This document shows positions 40,096-51,010 of a DNA stretch of 64,000 nucleotides, piece after piece. Within the stretch, counting starts at the first letter, position 1. Every line of letters begins with the position of its first letter. The translations under genes and the position numbers were made by a program. A model generated the notes under the pieces. It was not told the DNA's origin. It saw only the letters and a list, made by a program, of their open reading frames with translations, and searched no databases. Source of the DNA: an uncultured bacterium (GTDB lineage: Bacteria > DYJV01); contig CAZIZE010000099.1 in assembly GCA_964543655.1 (NCBI GenBank), forward strand, positions 3,906 to 67,905, in the 5' to 3' direction.

Positions 40096-40791
40096 GTGAA
40101 GCCATACGTAAACAAAGAAGAGCTTATTAATTCAATGTTGCCTCGAGTAAAACAGATAGCTTCTCAGATATATGCTAAATTTGCACATATTGGAAGCAAT
40201 CTTGAATATGAAGACCTTGTACAGGTTGGGGTTATTGGGCTTATTGATGCAGCTAACAAATATGATCCTACAAGGGATAACAAGTTTGAAACCTATGCAG
40301 AATTTAGAATTAGAGGAGCAATTATTGATGAATTAAGGAAAGAAGATTGGCTACCTCGTTGTATGAGAGATACAATTAAAAAAGTTGAAAGTGCAATGAA
40401 AAAATTAGCAACTCAATTAATGAGGGAGCCAACAGAAGAAGAAATTGCAAAAGAATTGAACCTGCCACTTGATACTGTTTTTGAAGCAATGAAAAATATT
40501 TCTGATTCACAATTGTTATGTTACGATGATATAGAGCCATTTATAGTTTTTAAATCAGATTATTATGACCCATATCAATATGCAGTTGAAAATGAACTAA
40601 AGGATATTCTTGCTCAGTGCATTGAAAGGCTTGATGAGAAAGAGCAGTTGATTCTGTCTCTATATTTTTATGAAGGGTTGACTTTAAAAGAGATAGGTGA
40701 GATTCTTGATTTAACAGAATCAAGAGTTTCTCAAATAAGAAGCACTGCATTTAAAAAATTAAAAAAATGTTTCCATGAGTTTGTGGATTAG
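40096..40791 (+). CDS. fliA: Flagellar sigma factor sigma-28
   Basis: It is a 231-aa sigma-70-family protein with region 2 (DLVQVGVIGLIDAANKYDP) and a region 4 HTH, located immediately after flhF-flhG. Confidence 0.85.
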   Translation: MKPYVNKEELINSMLPRVKQIASQIYAKFAHIGSNLEYEDLVQVGVIGLIDAANKYDPTRDNKFETYAEFRIRGAIIDELRKEDWLPRCMRDTIKKVESAMKKLATQLMREPTEEEIAKELNLPLDTVFEAMKNISDSQLLCYDDIEPFIVFKSDYYDPYQYAVENELKDILAQCIERLDEKEQLILSLYFYEGLTLKEIGEILDLTESRVSQIRSTAFKKLKKCFHEFVD

Positions 40792-40800
40792 ATGGCTTTT

Positions 40801-41355
40801 TTAGAAAACCTCAGCTCTTTTTAAAGAGGGATTTTTAATGTCTTTCTCAGATAAAATCACATTAAATATATTGTCAATTGGCCATTTAATATTAATATCT
40901 GGATCATTCCAGATTATTCCTCTTTCATAATCTGGAGCATATTCATTGGTCATTTTATAATGAATCTCTGCAAAATCTGAAATTGTTAAAAATCCATGAG
41001 CAAAACCTGGTGGGATATACAAAATTCTTTTGTTTTCAGATGAGAGGGGAACTCCCACCCATTTTCCAAAGGTTGGTGAATCTTTCCTTATATCCACAGC
41101 TACATCAAATATTTCTCCATTAATACATCTTACAAGTTTTCCCTGTTCAAATGGCGGTAATTGGTAATGTAACCCTCTTAAGACGTTTTTTATTGAAAAT
41201 GAATGGTTATCCTGATTAAAATTAGCATTAATGCCATTTTTAGAAAAGTCTGAATATTTATAGGTTTCCATAAAAAAACCTCTGTCATCTCTGAAAACTT
41301 TTGGTTCTATTAAAATTACATCTTTAATCTCCAATTCTATAAAATTAAATGGCAT
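40801..41355 (-). CDS. rmlC: dTDP-4-dehydrorhamnose 3,5-epimerase
   Basis: It is a cupin-fold protein with the RmlC N-terminus (PKVFRDDRGFFMETY) and is 184 aa. Confidence 0.9.
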   Translation of the reverse strand: MPFNFIELEIKDVILIEPKVFRDDRGFFMETYKYSDFSKNGINANFNQDNHSFSIKNVLRGLHYQLPPFEQGKLVRCINGEIFDVAVDIRKDSPTFGKWVGVPLSSENKRILYIPPGFAHGFLTISDFAEIHYKMTNEYAPDYERGIIWNDPDINIKWPIDNIFNVILSEKDIKNPSLKRAEVF

Positions 41356-41371
41356 TATCTCCTCCTGAAAG

Positions 41372-43489
41372 TTAAATAAATTCTATTTCCAACAGTTTTT
41401 TTACACCCTGTTTTATTGGTAAAATTTCTTTTTTATTTGCTGCTCTCTCAATATTTTTGCAAATATTGTAAATATCCATTAATTTAATGCTTGCTGCTGC
41501 TCCTTTTAACGCATTTGCTAATTTTTTGATTTCATCAAAATCTTCTTCTTTCACCTTTTTTTCAAGTTTGGTTGTTAACTCAAAAAAAGTATTTTTAAAA
41601 GACTCTATAAGTTTATTAATAATATCTGTATTATTTCCAGTAAGTTCCTTTAAATATTCATGATCAAATTCAACCTTTCTATCTCTAACTATAACTTTTT
41701 CCTCTGGTATAAATTGCAAAAGGATCTTTATTAAAAGTTCCTTATCTATTGGTTTAAATAAATATCCATCAAATCCTTTTTCTTTTAAAAAATTTACTTC
41801 ATCATTAAGAGTAGCTGCTGTGAGAATAATTAAGGGAATATGTTTTTGTTTTAGTTTAATTAAATTTTTGGGAAGATTGGGCTTGATATTACCATTTTTT
41901 TCAATTTCTCTCAAAATTTCTGCTACTTTAACACCATCCATTTCAGGCATATGCCAATCTAAAAATATTAGGTCAAAATCATCTTCTGCAATATAATCTA
42001 ATGCAATTCTCCCATTTTCAGCTATTTTCACATCTATTTTCAAATTTTCTAAAATTTTTTTAATAAGTATTTGATTAACTTCATTATCCTCAGCAACTAA
42101 AACTTTAACATCTTTAAAGAAAAATTTGTTGTAGTCTGAATAATCTTCCAATGGAAATTCATCCTCTTTTGCAACTTGAAGAGGCAGTTTTATTATAAAT
42201 TTGCTTCCTGAACCAAGAGTGCTCTCTATCTCAATAGTACCATTGTAATGTTTTACTATTTTATCTACAATAGCAAGCCCAACACCTGTGCCACCAAATT
42301 TTCTTGTAACAGAAGAGTCTACCTGTGTGAAAGGTTCAAATATTTTTTCATACATATTTTCAGCAATTCCTATTCCAGTATCATAAATTATAATTTCAAC
42401 TGTTTCAATGTTATTTTTTAAAGATAAAACATTGGCTTTGATGCCAATTTTACCTTTTTCTGTAAATTTTATTGCATTGTCTAAAAGATTTGAAATTACC
42501 TGCTGAATTTTTGACGGGTCGCCTATATAATATTTATTTAATTTTTTATCAATGCTGTGCTCAAGTATCAATTTCTTTTTTGAAGAAGCTTCATGAAAAG
42601 ATTCAATGGTATTCTCTATAACATGCATTAAATTAAAAGGTCTTTCTTCAAAAGCCAGATCTTCAGATTCTATTTTAGATATGTCTAAAATATCATTTAA
42701 AATAGATAATAAATTGTTTGATGAAGATTTGATTATATCAAGATACTCTTTTTGCTTGTCTCTATCCTCTGTATTGTAAAGAATATCAATAAATCCTAAA
42801 ATAGCATTCATTGGTGTCCTTATTTCATGACTGATTGTTGCAAGAAATTGGCTTTTTGCCTTACTTGATTCCTCTGCTTTTAATTTGGCTTCTTTCTCTT
42901 TTTCAAGTAAGTTTTCATTTTCTATTTGCAATTGAAGTAATTTTACAAAATCATTGTGTTGCTTAAAAGCATAGAAGAATAGAATTGATAAGAAAAAAAA
43001 TATTGCAATGGCAATGAATACGCCATTACTTTCACCAGATATAATTACTTTATAAGCAAGAGTTAAGGGCATAGGTGTAATATAAGTTACAAGTATGGTT
43101 TTATCATAAAATAATGCCTGTATTCCAAGGGTAATAAGGGTAAACATTATAAAAACATTTGCAATAATAGGGAAAAACATAAATTGTTTATATGGAAAAA
43201 GAGGGATAACTGCCCAGCCAATACCTAATAAAGTTGTTACAATGAGGTAATATTTTCTCAATAGTTTTTGATTTTTATTTTTTAATTTAAAAACATAGAA
43301 CACTCTTATTACTGCAAGAACAATCATCAATACAAGCCAGACAGTAATCAAATTTTTATTCTTAATATAATTCCACAATACAAGAACAACCAGCAGGCTT
43401 CCTAAAATTACAGCAGTATTACTGATTAAACTTTTGCTGAAAAGTATATCAAGTTTTTTGGATTCTATTTTATCTCTGATATTTTTCAT
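41372..43489 (-). CDS. Hybrid sensor histidine kinase / response regulator with degenerate C-terminal Hpt-like domain
   Basis: It has multi-TM N-terminal segments, a HisKA H-box (ISHEIRTPMNAI) and HATPase_c G-boxes. The REC domain is VLVAEDNE...DLIFLDWHMPEMDG. The C-terminal four-helix segment aligns to Hpt, but the phospho-His position is Asn (ANALKG). I prefer the internal Met (MKNIRD) at 43489 over the ORF-track start at 43552. Confidence 0.85.
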   Translation of the reverse strand: MKNIRDKIESKKLDILFSKSLISNTAVILGSLLVVLVLWNYIKNKNLITVWLVLMIVLAVIRVFYVFKLKNKNQKLLRKYYLIVTTLLGIGWAVIPLFPYKQFMFFPIIANVFIMFTLITLGIQALFYDKTILVTYITPMPLTLAYKVIISGESNGVFIAIAIFFFLSILFFYAFKQHNDFVKLLQLQIENENLLEKEKEAKLKAEESSKAKSQFLATISHEIRTPMNAILGFIDILYNTEDRDKQKEYLDIIKSSSNNLLSILNDILDISKIESEDLAFEERPFNLMHVIENTIESFHEASSKKKLILEHSIDKKLNKYYIGDPSKIQQVISNLLDNAIKFTEKGKIGIKANVLSLKNNIETVEIIIYDTGIGIAENMYEKIFEPFTQVDSSVTRKFGGTGVGLAIVDKIVKHYNGTIEIESTLGSGSKFIIKLPLQVAKEDEFPLEDYSDYNKFFFKDVKVLVAEDNEVNQILIKKILENLKIDVKIAENGRIALDYIAEDDFDLIFLDWHMPEMDGVKVAEILREIEKNGNIKPNLPKNLIKLKQKHIPLIILTAATLNDEVNFLKEKGFDGYLFKPIDKELLIKILLQFIPEEKVIVRDRKVEFDHEYLKELTGNNTDIINKLIESFKNTFFELTTKLEKKVKEEDFDEIKKLANALKGAAASIKLMDIYNICKNIERAANKKEILPIKQGVKKLLEIEFI

Positions 43490-43496
43490 AAAAAAA

Positions 43497-45361
<1,865 letters not shown>

Positions 45362-45583
45362 AAATCTACCTCTCTATTTTTAATAATGTCTATTAATATT
45401 ACACTATTTTTTATTTAAAATCAAATATGAAGTTTGCTTAACTCTTTAAAAATTTAAAGTTGAATTTTTCTACCTTATATGTAATGTATATTAATAAATG
45501 TTAATTGAATGAGGTTTTAATTTATTAAATCAATGGAAAATATCCTCAAATAACAGAAGGAAATGGTTGTTAGTAAAATATTG

Positions 45584-45612
45584 TTTGACAAAGATATTAA
45601 AATATATTAATA
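45584..45612 (+). promoter_or_regulatory. Putative sigma-70 promoter for the lipase-fadL module
   Basis: TTGACA (45584-89), a 17-nt spacer and TAATAT (45607-12) lie ~40 nt upstream of an AAAGGAG RBS and the ATG at 45654. Confidence 0.4.
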
Positions 45613-45653
45613 TTGAAATAATTGAATCATAATTCATTAAAAAGGAGTGAAAA

Positions 45654-47483
45654 ATGAAAAGATTTCTTCTAACTATTATTTTTTTATTATCTGTTTCACT
45701 AAGTTATGCAGGTGTTAATTACAACACATTACCCACGAGGATTGTTCTTGACCCAGCAAACAGCTTTTTAGGTTTGCCAATACCTTTGCCAAATGATATT
45801 AATTCAGCTATTTTAAATGAAGATGGTTCAGCAATTCAGCTACCTATTACTGGTTCTGAGCCAGCAGATGTTCAGATGCTTTACCAGGCTATTAACCTAT
45901 TAAAAATCAAAGGTTTACCAGCAAATACATTTTTAACCATTCCTTTAAATAATGATACTAAGCTTGATATTTCATCACTCTATCAAAATATATTTTTAAT
46001 TCCATTTATGGTGAATGTATCAACATCTCCTTCAATAAATCCAGCGCCATCAATTGTAGCAGGTCCCAATAATCTAATAATAACTCAGGATGGTAATATT
46101 ATAAAAGTTATTGCTAAAAAGCCTCTGCTTAGTGATGCACAGTATGCTGTGTTAATAACAAAAGGAGTGAAAACTGTCAGTGGAGAGCTTGTTGGGCATG
46201 ATCCCGCAATGGAATTTTTAATTAGAACTCAATATAACTTACTGATTGATAGATTAGGTCTTCATTGTGATGATCTACTTGGAATGTTTACCTTTACAAC
46301 AGCAGATAAGACTTTAAAATTAAGTGCTTTTGCAAAGCTTAAAGCAGGAATCCCACTTAGTTCAACTGATTTTCTACCTTATTCAAATATTACAGAGGAA
46401 TTTCAATCAATTTTAGCTGCAACAAAGCTTCTCCCATCAACAGTTGACAGTAATAAGGCTGTAAATTATGGTAGTTTTAACTACTTAGAAACTTCATTCA
46501 CTACATATGATATTACTTCATTAACAACCACTCCAACACCAGAGAAAGTTCCAACTATTATTTTACCAAATGGTGTTACTGATAAAGTTATCATATTTCA
46601 ACACGGTTTTGGAAGAAGCAAAACAGATGCTCTTGCTCTTGCAAAGAAATTTTTACCTGCAGGATACCCAATAATTTCAATGGATTTACCACTGCATGGT
46701 GAAAGAGTTGATTATAACAATACAGCCCTCGATTGTAATCATGATGGTAAAGTTGAATCAGGAGAATGTTTTCTAACACCAAATCTTGTTGAAGATAGAA
46801 TTAATATATATCAAGCTGTTTTTGATTTGACACTTCTTTTAAAAGATCTTGAAGCAGGTAAATTTGATTTAAATGGTGATAATGTACCTGATAAAGTTAG
46901 CAAAGTTTATTTTCTATCTCTTTCATTAGGCTCCATTACTGGCTCCATATTTGCATCTTACAATATTAAAGACCTTACAAAAGTTGCCCTTACTGTTGGT
47001 GGAGCAGATTTAGCAGTTATTCTTGATGGTACTACAATAGGTGATTTACAAAAAAGTTTGGAAGCATTAGGTCTTAAGAAAGGAACAGCAGAATATTATG
47101 TATTTTTAGGAATCCTCCATCTAATTCTTGATCCAGCTGATCCATTATACAATGTCACATCAGCATTAAAAGATAAAACAATGGTTATTTCAGCTTATGG
47201 TGACAATATAGTTCCAAACACATCAAATGCAATTTTTGCAAATATTATCGGGTACCCAACAGCAACTGATGTTACCTATACTAATATTGACTCAGTTAGC
47301 AGTGATGCTGGCTGGTATCAATATGGTGGTGTGGTAGATGGTATCCCTTATTATGTACCACATGCTTTTCTACTTTCAACTGAAAATGCATCTGAAAAGT
47401 ATGGAATTTCATTTGATCAGGAGTTTATAGATAAAGCAAGAGATACCATGGAAGATCAAATTATAAATTTTTTTAATAAATAA
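45654..47483 (+). CDS. Secreted alpha/beta-hydrolase, lipase/lysophospholipase-like (VolA-like candidate)
   Basis: It has a signal peptide (MKRFLLTIIFLLSVSLSYA). A central alpha/beta-hydrolase core follows (VIIFQHGFGRSKTD...MDLPLHGER) with a nucleophile elbow (FLSLSLGSITG). It is directly followed by a FadL-family gene. Confidence 0.5.
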   Translation: MKRFLLTIIFLLSVSLSYAGVNYNTLPTRIVLDPANSFLGLPIPLPNDINSAILNEDGSAIQLPITGSEPADVQMLYQAINLLKIKGLPANTFLTIPLNNDTKLDISSLYQNIFLIPFMVNVSTSPSINPAPSIVAGPNNLIITQDGNIIKVIAKKPLLSDAQYAVLITKGVKTVSGELVGHDPAMEFLIRTQYNLLIDRLGLHCDDLLGMFTFTTADKTLKLSAFAKLKAGIPLSSTDFLPYSNITEEFQSILAATKLLPSTVDSNKAVNYGSFNYLETSFTTYDITSLTTTPTPEKVPTIILPNGVTDKVIIFQHGFGRSKTDALALAKKFLPAGYPIISMDLPLHGERVDYNNTALDCNHDGKVESGECFLTPNLVEDRINIYQAVFDLTLLLKDLEAGKFDLNGDNVPDKVSKVYFLSLSLGSITGSIFASYNIKDLTKVALTVGGADLAVILDGTTIGDLQKSLEALGLKKGTAEYYVFLGILHLILDPADPLYNVTSALKDKTMVISAYGDNIVPNTSNAIFANIIGYPTATDVTYTNIDSVSSDAGWYQYGGVVDGIPYYVPHAFLLSTENASEKYGISFDQEFIDKARDTMEDQIINFFNK

Positions 47484-47500
47484 AACCTGAGGAGGCTATT

Positions 47501-48901
47501 ATGAATTATTTTAAAAAAATTCTCTTTATGCTATTTTTTCTACTAATTTTTACTTCCTTAACTTTTGCAGCTGGATTTCATGTTAATGTTGAACAAGGTA
47601 TGAAAGCAATGGGTATGGGTGGTGCTTTTGTTGGTCTGGCAGATGATCCCACAGCTTTATATTACAACCCTGCTGGAATAACTCAACTTAAAGGTAAGTT
47701 TAATTTTGCCACAACTTATGCTTTTGGTGTATTTCATCCAAGGTTACATTCACCAGAAATTGTAGATAAATACGGGATAACAAGACTTACAAGTGATACA
47801 AAAGAAGAAGATTGGAGATGGGCACAAATTCCAAGTATGTATTTCACATATAAAATAAATGACAAATTTACTGTTGGTTTTGCATTTTTTGCTCCTTTTG
47901 GAACTGCAACTGATTGGACTCATACATGGATAGGAAGATACTTTGCAGATAAAACAGATTTAAAAACTTATGATTTTAATCCAACAGTTGCATATAAAGT
48001 TTCAGATAAATTAACTGTAGCTCTTGGGATTAACTATGTTTACAGTACTGTTACAATTAAAAATTCTACAAGCTATCCTTTTTTAGCTTTTGACCCTAAT
48101 ATTCAAAAAGCTCTTGGTTTTACTTTAACACCAGCAAGCCAGCTAAGCCTTTACAATAGATTGTATGATAGAAATTACGATGTTGATGTGAAGTTACATG
48201 GAGATACTGGCTCAAGTGGACGAGGATGGGGATTTAACATAGGAATTCTTTTTAAACCCAATGATGAATGGCAATTTGGAGCAATTTATAGAAGTGAAAT
48301 AGACCTTGATTTTGAAGGTCATGCAACCTACACATATATGCCAGGTATTGCTAATCTTGGAGCAGAGGTTGGTATTCCTCAGTTATCAGCAGTACCTCTC
48401 CTGCAAAAATCAAAAATAAAAGCTTCAATTAAATTACCTGATTATGCTGCAATAGGTATAGTGAATAAATCTTTTAAACATTGGACTTTTTCATTTGATT
48501 TATACTGGACAGGTTGGTCAGATTACAAAGATCTTACAGTTACGTTTTCAAAACTTCCATATAAAAAATCAGTTCCAAAAAATTGGAATGATGTTCTCTC
48601 TGTAAGATTTGGGGCACAATATCAAATTAATAATTGGTCATTTAGATTTGGTTATATGCATGATGAATCACCAACACCTGATGCAACAAGGGGACCTGAG
48701 CTTGCTTGTTCTGATAGAAATGATGCAACAGTTGGTGTTGGGTACAAATATAAACACTTCAATATAGATGCAGCATATTTAATAGCCTTTTTCAAACAAC
48801 ATGAAAGCCATCTTGTAGACGAGCAAACAGGAACAGAGCTTAAAGGAAAGTGGTCAACAATTGCGCATGTTATAGGTATTACACTTTCTTATGAATTTTA
48901 A
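47501..48901 (+). CDS. fadL: Outer-membrane long-chain fatty acid / hydrophobic compound transporter, FadL/OmpP1/TodX family
   Basis: It has a signal peptide. The N-terminal hatch carries an NPA motif (ALYYNPAGITQ). The C-terminal residue is aromatic (F), consistent with an OM beta-barrel. A GGAGG RBS precedes the start. Confidence 0.85.
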   Translation: MNYFKKILFMLFFLLIFTSLTFAAGFHVNVEQGMKAMGMGGAFVGLADDPTALYYNPAGITQLKGKFNFATTYAFGVFHPRLHSPEIVDKYGITRLTSDTKEEDWRWAQIPSMYFTYKINDKFTVGFAFFAPFGTATDWTHTWIGRYFADKTDLKTYDFNPTVAYKVSDKLTVALGINYVYSTVTIKNSTSYPFLAFDPNIQKALGFTLTPASQLSLYNRLYDRNYDVDVKLHGDTGSSGRGWGFNIGILFKPNDEWQFGAIYRSEIDLDFEGHATYTYMPGIANLGAEVGIPQLSAVPLLQKSKIKASIKLPDYAAIGIVNKSFKHWTFSFDLYWTGWSDYKDLTVTFSKLPYKKSVPKNWNDVLSVRFGAQYQINNWSFRFGYMHDESPTPDATRGPELACSDRNDATVGVGYKYKHFNIDAAYLIAFFKQHESHLVDEQTGTELKGKWSTIAHVIGITLSYEF

Positions 48902-48912
48902 ATTTTTATAAT

Positions 48913-48945
48913 GGAGCACCTGAATTAAAGGTGCTCCTGTTATTT
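48913..48945 (+). terminator. Rho-independent terminator after fadL
   Basis: A 9-bp perfect stem (GGAGCACCT / AGGTGCTCC) with loop GAATTAA is followed by a TGTTATTT U-rich tract. Confidence 0.65.
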
Positions 48946-48956
48946 AGGGGAGAAAA

Positions 48957-49400
48957 ATGTTAAAAATTTGTGATTATTGCGGAACATCAGAAGGGGAAAT
49001 AAATTTTGATATTTACACAGAAAAGTATTTTTGTGAAAAAGAGGATTGTATAAAAAAAGCAAGGAAAGACACAAAGGAATATTTTAAACAACGTGAAATT
49101 AAAATAAATAAAGATTTTAAAATTACTGATGTATCTTCTCAGGAAGATTTTGAAAATATACTTTATTCCCTGTATGGTGTGCTTGATAGAAGTGGAAAGA
49201 TAAAAGAGCTTGGAGCTATGTCTGAGCCAGATTTTTTTAAAAATAAAGCAATGTATTTAATAGCTTCAGAATTACCAGAGGAGTATTTATCAATAAGAAT
49301 GGGTGATAAGGATAAAACTAAAGTTAAGTTGGTAATAAAAAAGAAAATACCTGCAAATGTTCTTAGAGAAGCAATGAAAAAAGCCAAATTTATAGATTAA
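48957..49400 (+). CDS. Hypothetical protein with N-terminal C4 zinc-ribbon
   Basis: It has an N-terminal zinc-ribbon (CDYCGTSEGEINFDIYTEKYFCEKEDC) followed by a Lys-rich segment. An AGGGGAG RBS precedes the start. There is no other recognisable domain. Confidence 0.4.
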   Translation: MLKICDYCGTSEGEINFDIYTEKYFCEKEDCIKKARKDTKEYFKQREIKINKDFKITDVSSQEDFENILYSLYGVLDRSGKIKELGAMSEPDFFKNKAMYLIASELPEEYLSIRMGDKDKTKVKLVIKKKIPANVLREAMKKAKFID

Positions 49401-49986
49401 TCTTTTTTAAAACCATATAAAAAATTTTTTCTCCTTTTTCTAAAAAATTCTTCTCATACTTTGTGAAAATATCGTTAAATAACCATTTTTTGCTAAATTT
49501 GGTATTTTGAAACAACCCTGTTTCATTGGCTTCATTTAATATAATTTGAGCGTATTCTTTATAATCTGTTGCTATATAAATTGTTCCAGATGAGATTAAC
49601 TTTTCTGCAAGAAGAGAGTAAAAATCTTTGTTTATTAGTCTTCTTTTTTTATGGCGTTTTTTAAACCAGGGGTCAGGGAAATTAATAATAAAACTTTCAA
49701 CTGAATGGTTATTTAAAAAAAACTCAATAAAAATAGCAGCATCTCCATGCACTACAAGAACATTTTCCAAGTTGTTTCTTTTTATCTTTTTTAATGTTTT
49801 AAAAATTCTTTTAAATTTTACTTCAATTGCTATAAAAAAGATATTATTAAATCTTTTTGCAATTGAAGTTATATATTCTCCATTGCCAGAACCTATTTCT
49901 ATCCAGACCTTTTCCCTGTTTTTTAAAATAAATGGTAAAAAATTTATATTGTTTTTATTTATTAAAAAACCTATTTTTTTTAGCAT
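49390..49986 (-). CDS. trmB: tRNA (guanine46-N7)-methyltransferase
   Basis: It has TrmB motifs (IEIGSGNGEY, FPDPWFKKRHKKRRL). Confidence 0.85.
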   Translation of the reverse strand: MLKKIGFLINKNNINFLPFILKNREKVWIEIGSGNGEYITSIAKRFNNIFFIAIEVKFKRIFKTLKKIKRNNLENVLVVHGDAAIFIEFFLNNHSVESFIINFPDPWFKKRHKKRRLINKDFYSLLAEKLISSGTIYIATDYKEYAQIILNEANETGLFQNTKFSKKWLFNDIFTKYEKNFLEKGEKIFYMVLKKINL

Positions 49987-49991
49987 AATAA

Positions 49992-50020
49992 TAAAAAAAG
50001 CACAGAGATTATCTCTGTGC
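49992..50020 (-). terminator. Rho-independent terminator downstream of the RpoH-like gene (minus strand)
   Basis: On the minus strand the stem GCACAGAGA / TCTCTGTGC is followed by a U7 run (the plus-strand A-run at 49992-49999). Confidence 0.55.
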
Positions 50021-50044
50021 TTCCAATTTTAAATAAAATATTTT

Positions 50045-50899
50045 TTAAGCTGCAAGATATTTAAGCTCTTCTGGTAAAACTTTTTTCATTTTTCCAAGAG
50101 CTCTTTTCTCTATCTGTCTAACTCGCTCTCTTGTAATATTAAATTCATCACCTATTTCTTGTAAAGTTTTTGGCTCATCAGATAGATACCTATTGAGAAT
50201 TATATATTTTTCTCTTTCATTTAAAACCTTAAGAGCTTCATATAATTTATCATGGAGTATATCTTCCTTTTCATTTTCAATTGCAAATTCATCAGGAGAT
50301 TGATAATGTGATGGAACAAGGTTAATAAAGGTACTTCCTTCTTCATCTTTTATTTTAGTATCAAGAGATACATCACTATTTTCAAATCTATTTTTAATTT
50401 CTATAATTTTATCCTCTGTTACATGAAATTCATCTGCAAGCTGTTTTGCAAAAACACCATTTTCTTCCAAATCTTTGTCAAGATTGGAAAATTTGTAAAA
50501 TAACTTTTTCTGTAATTGAGTTGTGCCGATTTTAACCATACTCCAGCTTTTCATAATAAATTCATGTATCTGAGCTCTAATCCACCATACTGCATAAGAG
50601 ATAAATTTTTTACATCCTTTATCAGGATCGTAATTTTTAATAGCTTTCATAAGTCCAAGATTTCCTTCTTGAATAAGGTCTGTTAATGGAAAACCAAATT
50701 TTTTATATTCATTTGCTACTTTAACAACAAATCTTAAATTGCTAATAACCAACTTTTGAGCTGCTTCAATATCCCCTTCATTATGATACTTTTTAATAAG
50801 TTCATATTCTTCCTCTGCACTTAATGTTGGAAATTTTTCTATTTTTGATATATATGAACTAATATCATTTTTTAAAACAGGTAAATTAAACTTTTTCAT
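50045..50899 (-). CDS. rpoH: RNA polymerase sigma factor, RpoH-like (sigma-32 family)
   Basis: It has sigma-70 regions 2-4. An RpoH-box-like segment (TTQLQKKLFYKFSNL) lies between regions 2 and 3. Confidence 0.7.
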   Translation of the reverse strand: MKKFNLPVLKNDISSYISKIEKFPTLSAEEEYELIKKYHNEGDIEAAQKLVISNLRFVVKVANEYKKFGFPLTDLIQEGNLGLMKAIKNYDPDKGCKKFISYAVWWIRAQIHEFIMKSWSMVKIGTTQLQKKLFYKFSNLDKDLEENGVFAKQLADEFHVTEDKIIEIKNRFENSDVSLDTKIKDEEGSTFINLVPSHYQSPDEFAIENEKEDILHDKLYEALKVLNEREKYIILNRYLSDEPKTLQEIGDEFNITRERVRQIEKRALGKMKKVLPEELKYLAA

Positions 50900-50920
50900 T
50901 TTTAATCCTCCAGGAGGTTA

Positions 50921-50979
50921 TTAGCACTCATCAATAAAGAGTGCTAATATTAATATAGCAAAAAAATAAAATTTGTCAA
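50921..50979 (-). promoter_or_regulatory. Putative sigma-70 promoter plus 5'-UTR stem-loop of the RpoH-like gene
   Basis: On the minus strand TTGACA (50974-79), a 16-nt spacer and TATATT (50952-57) are followed by a 9-bp hairpin (TTAGCACTC / GAGTGCTAA, 50921-50947). Then comes CCUCCUGGAGG containing the SD GGAGG, 8 nt before the ATG. Confidence 0.35.
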
Positions 50980-51010
50980 GAAAAATCTTTTGATTAAAAC
51001 TTTTTAATTG

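Noticed and set aside
50907-50917. CCTCCAGGAGG palindrome at the rpoH-like RBS as a stand-alone RNA thermometer
   Set aside because: The two arms are separated by a single nucleotide. A real hairpin could only form a 4-bp stem with a 3-nt loop, too weak alone. I kept it as a low-confidence note pending a folding calculation with flanking sequence.
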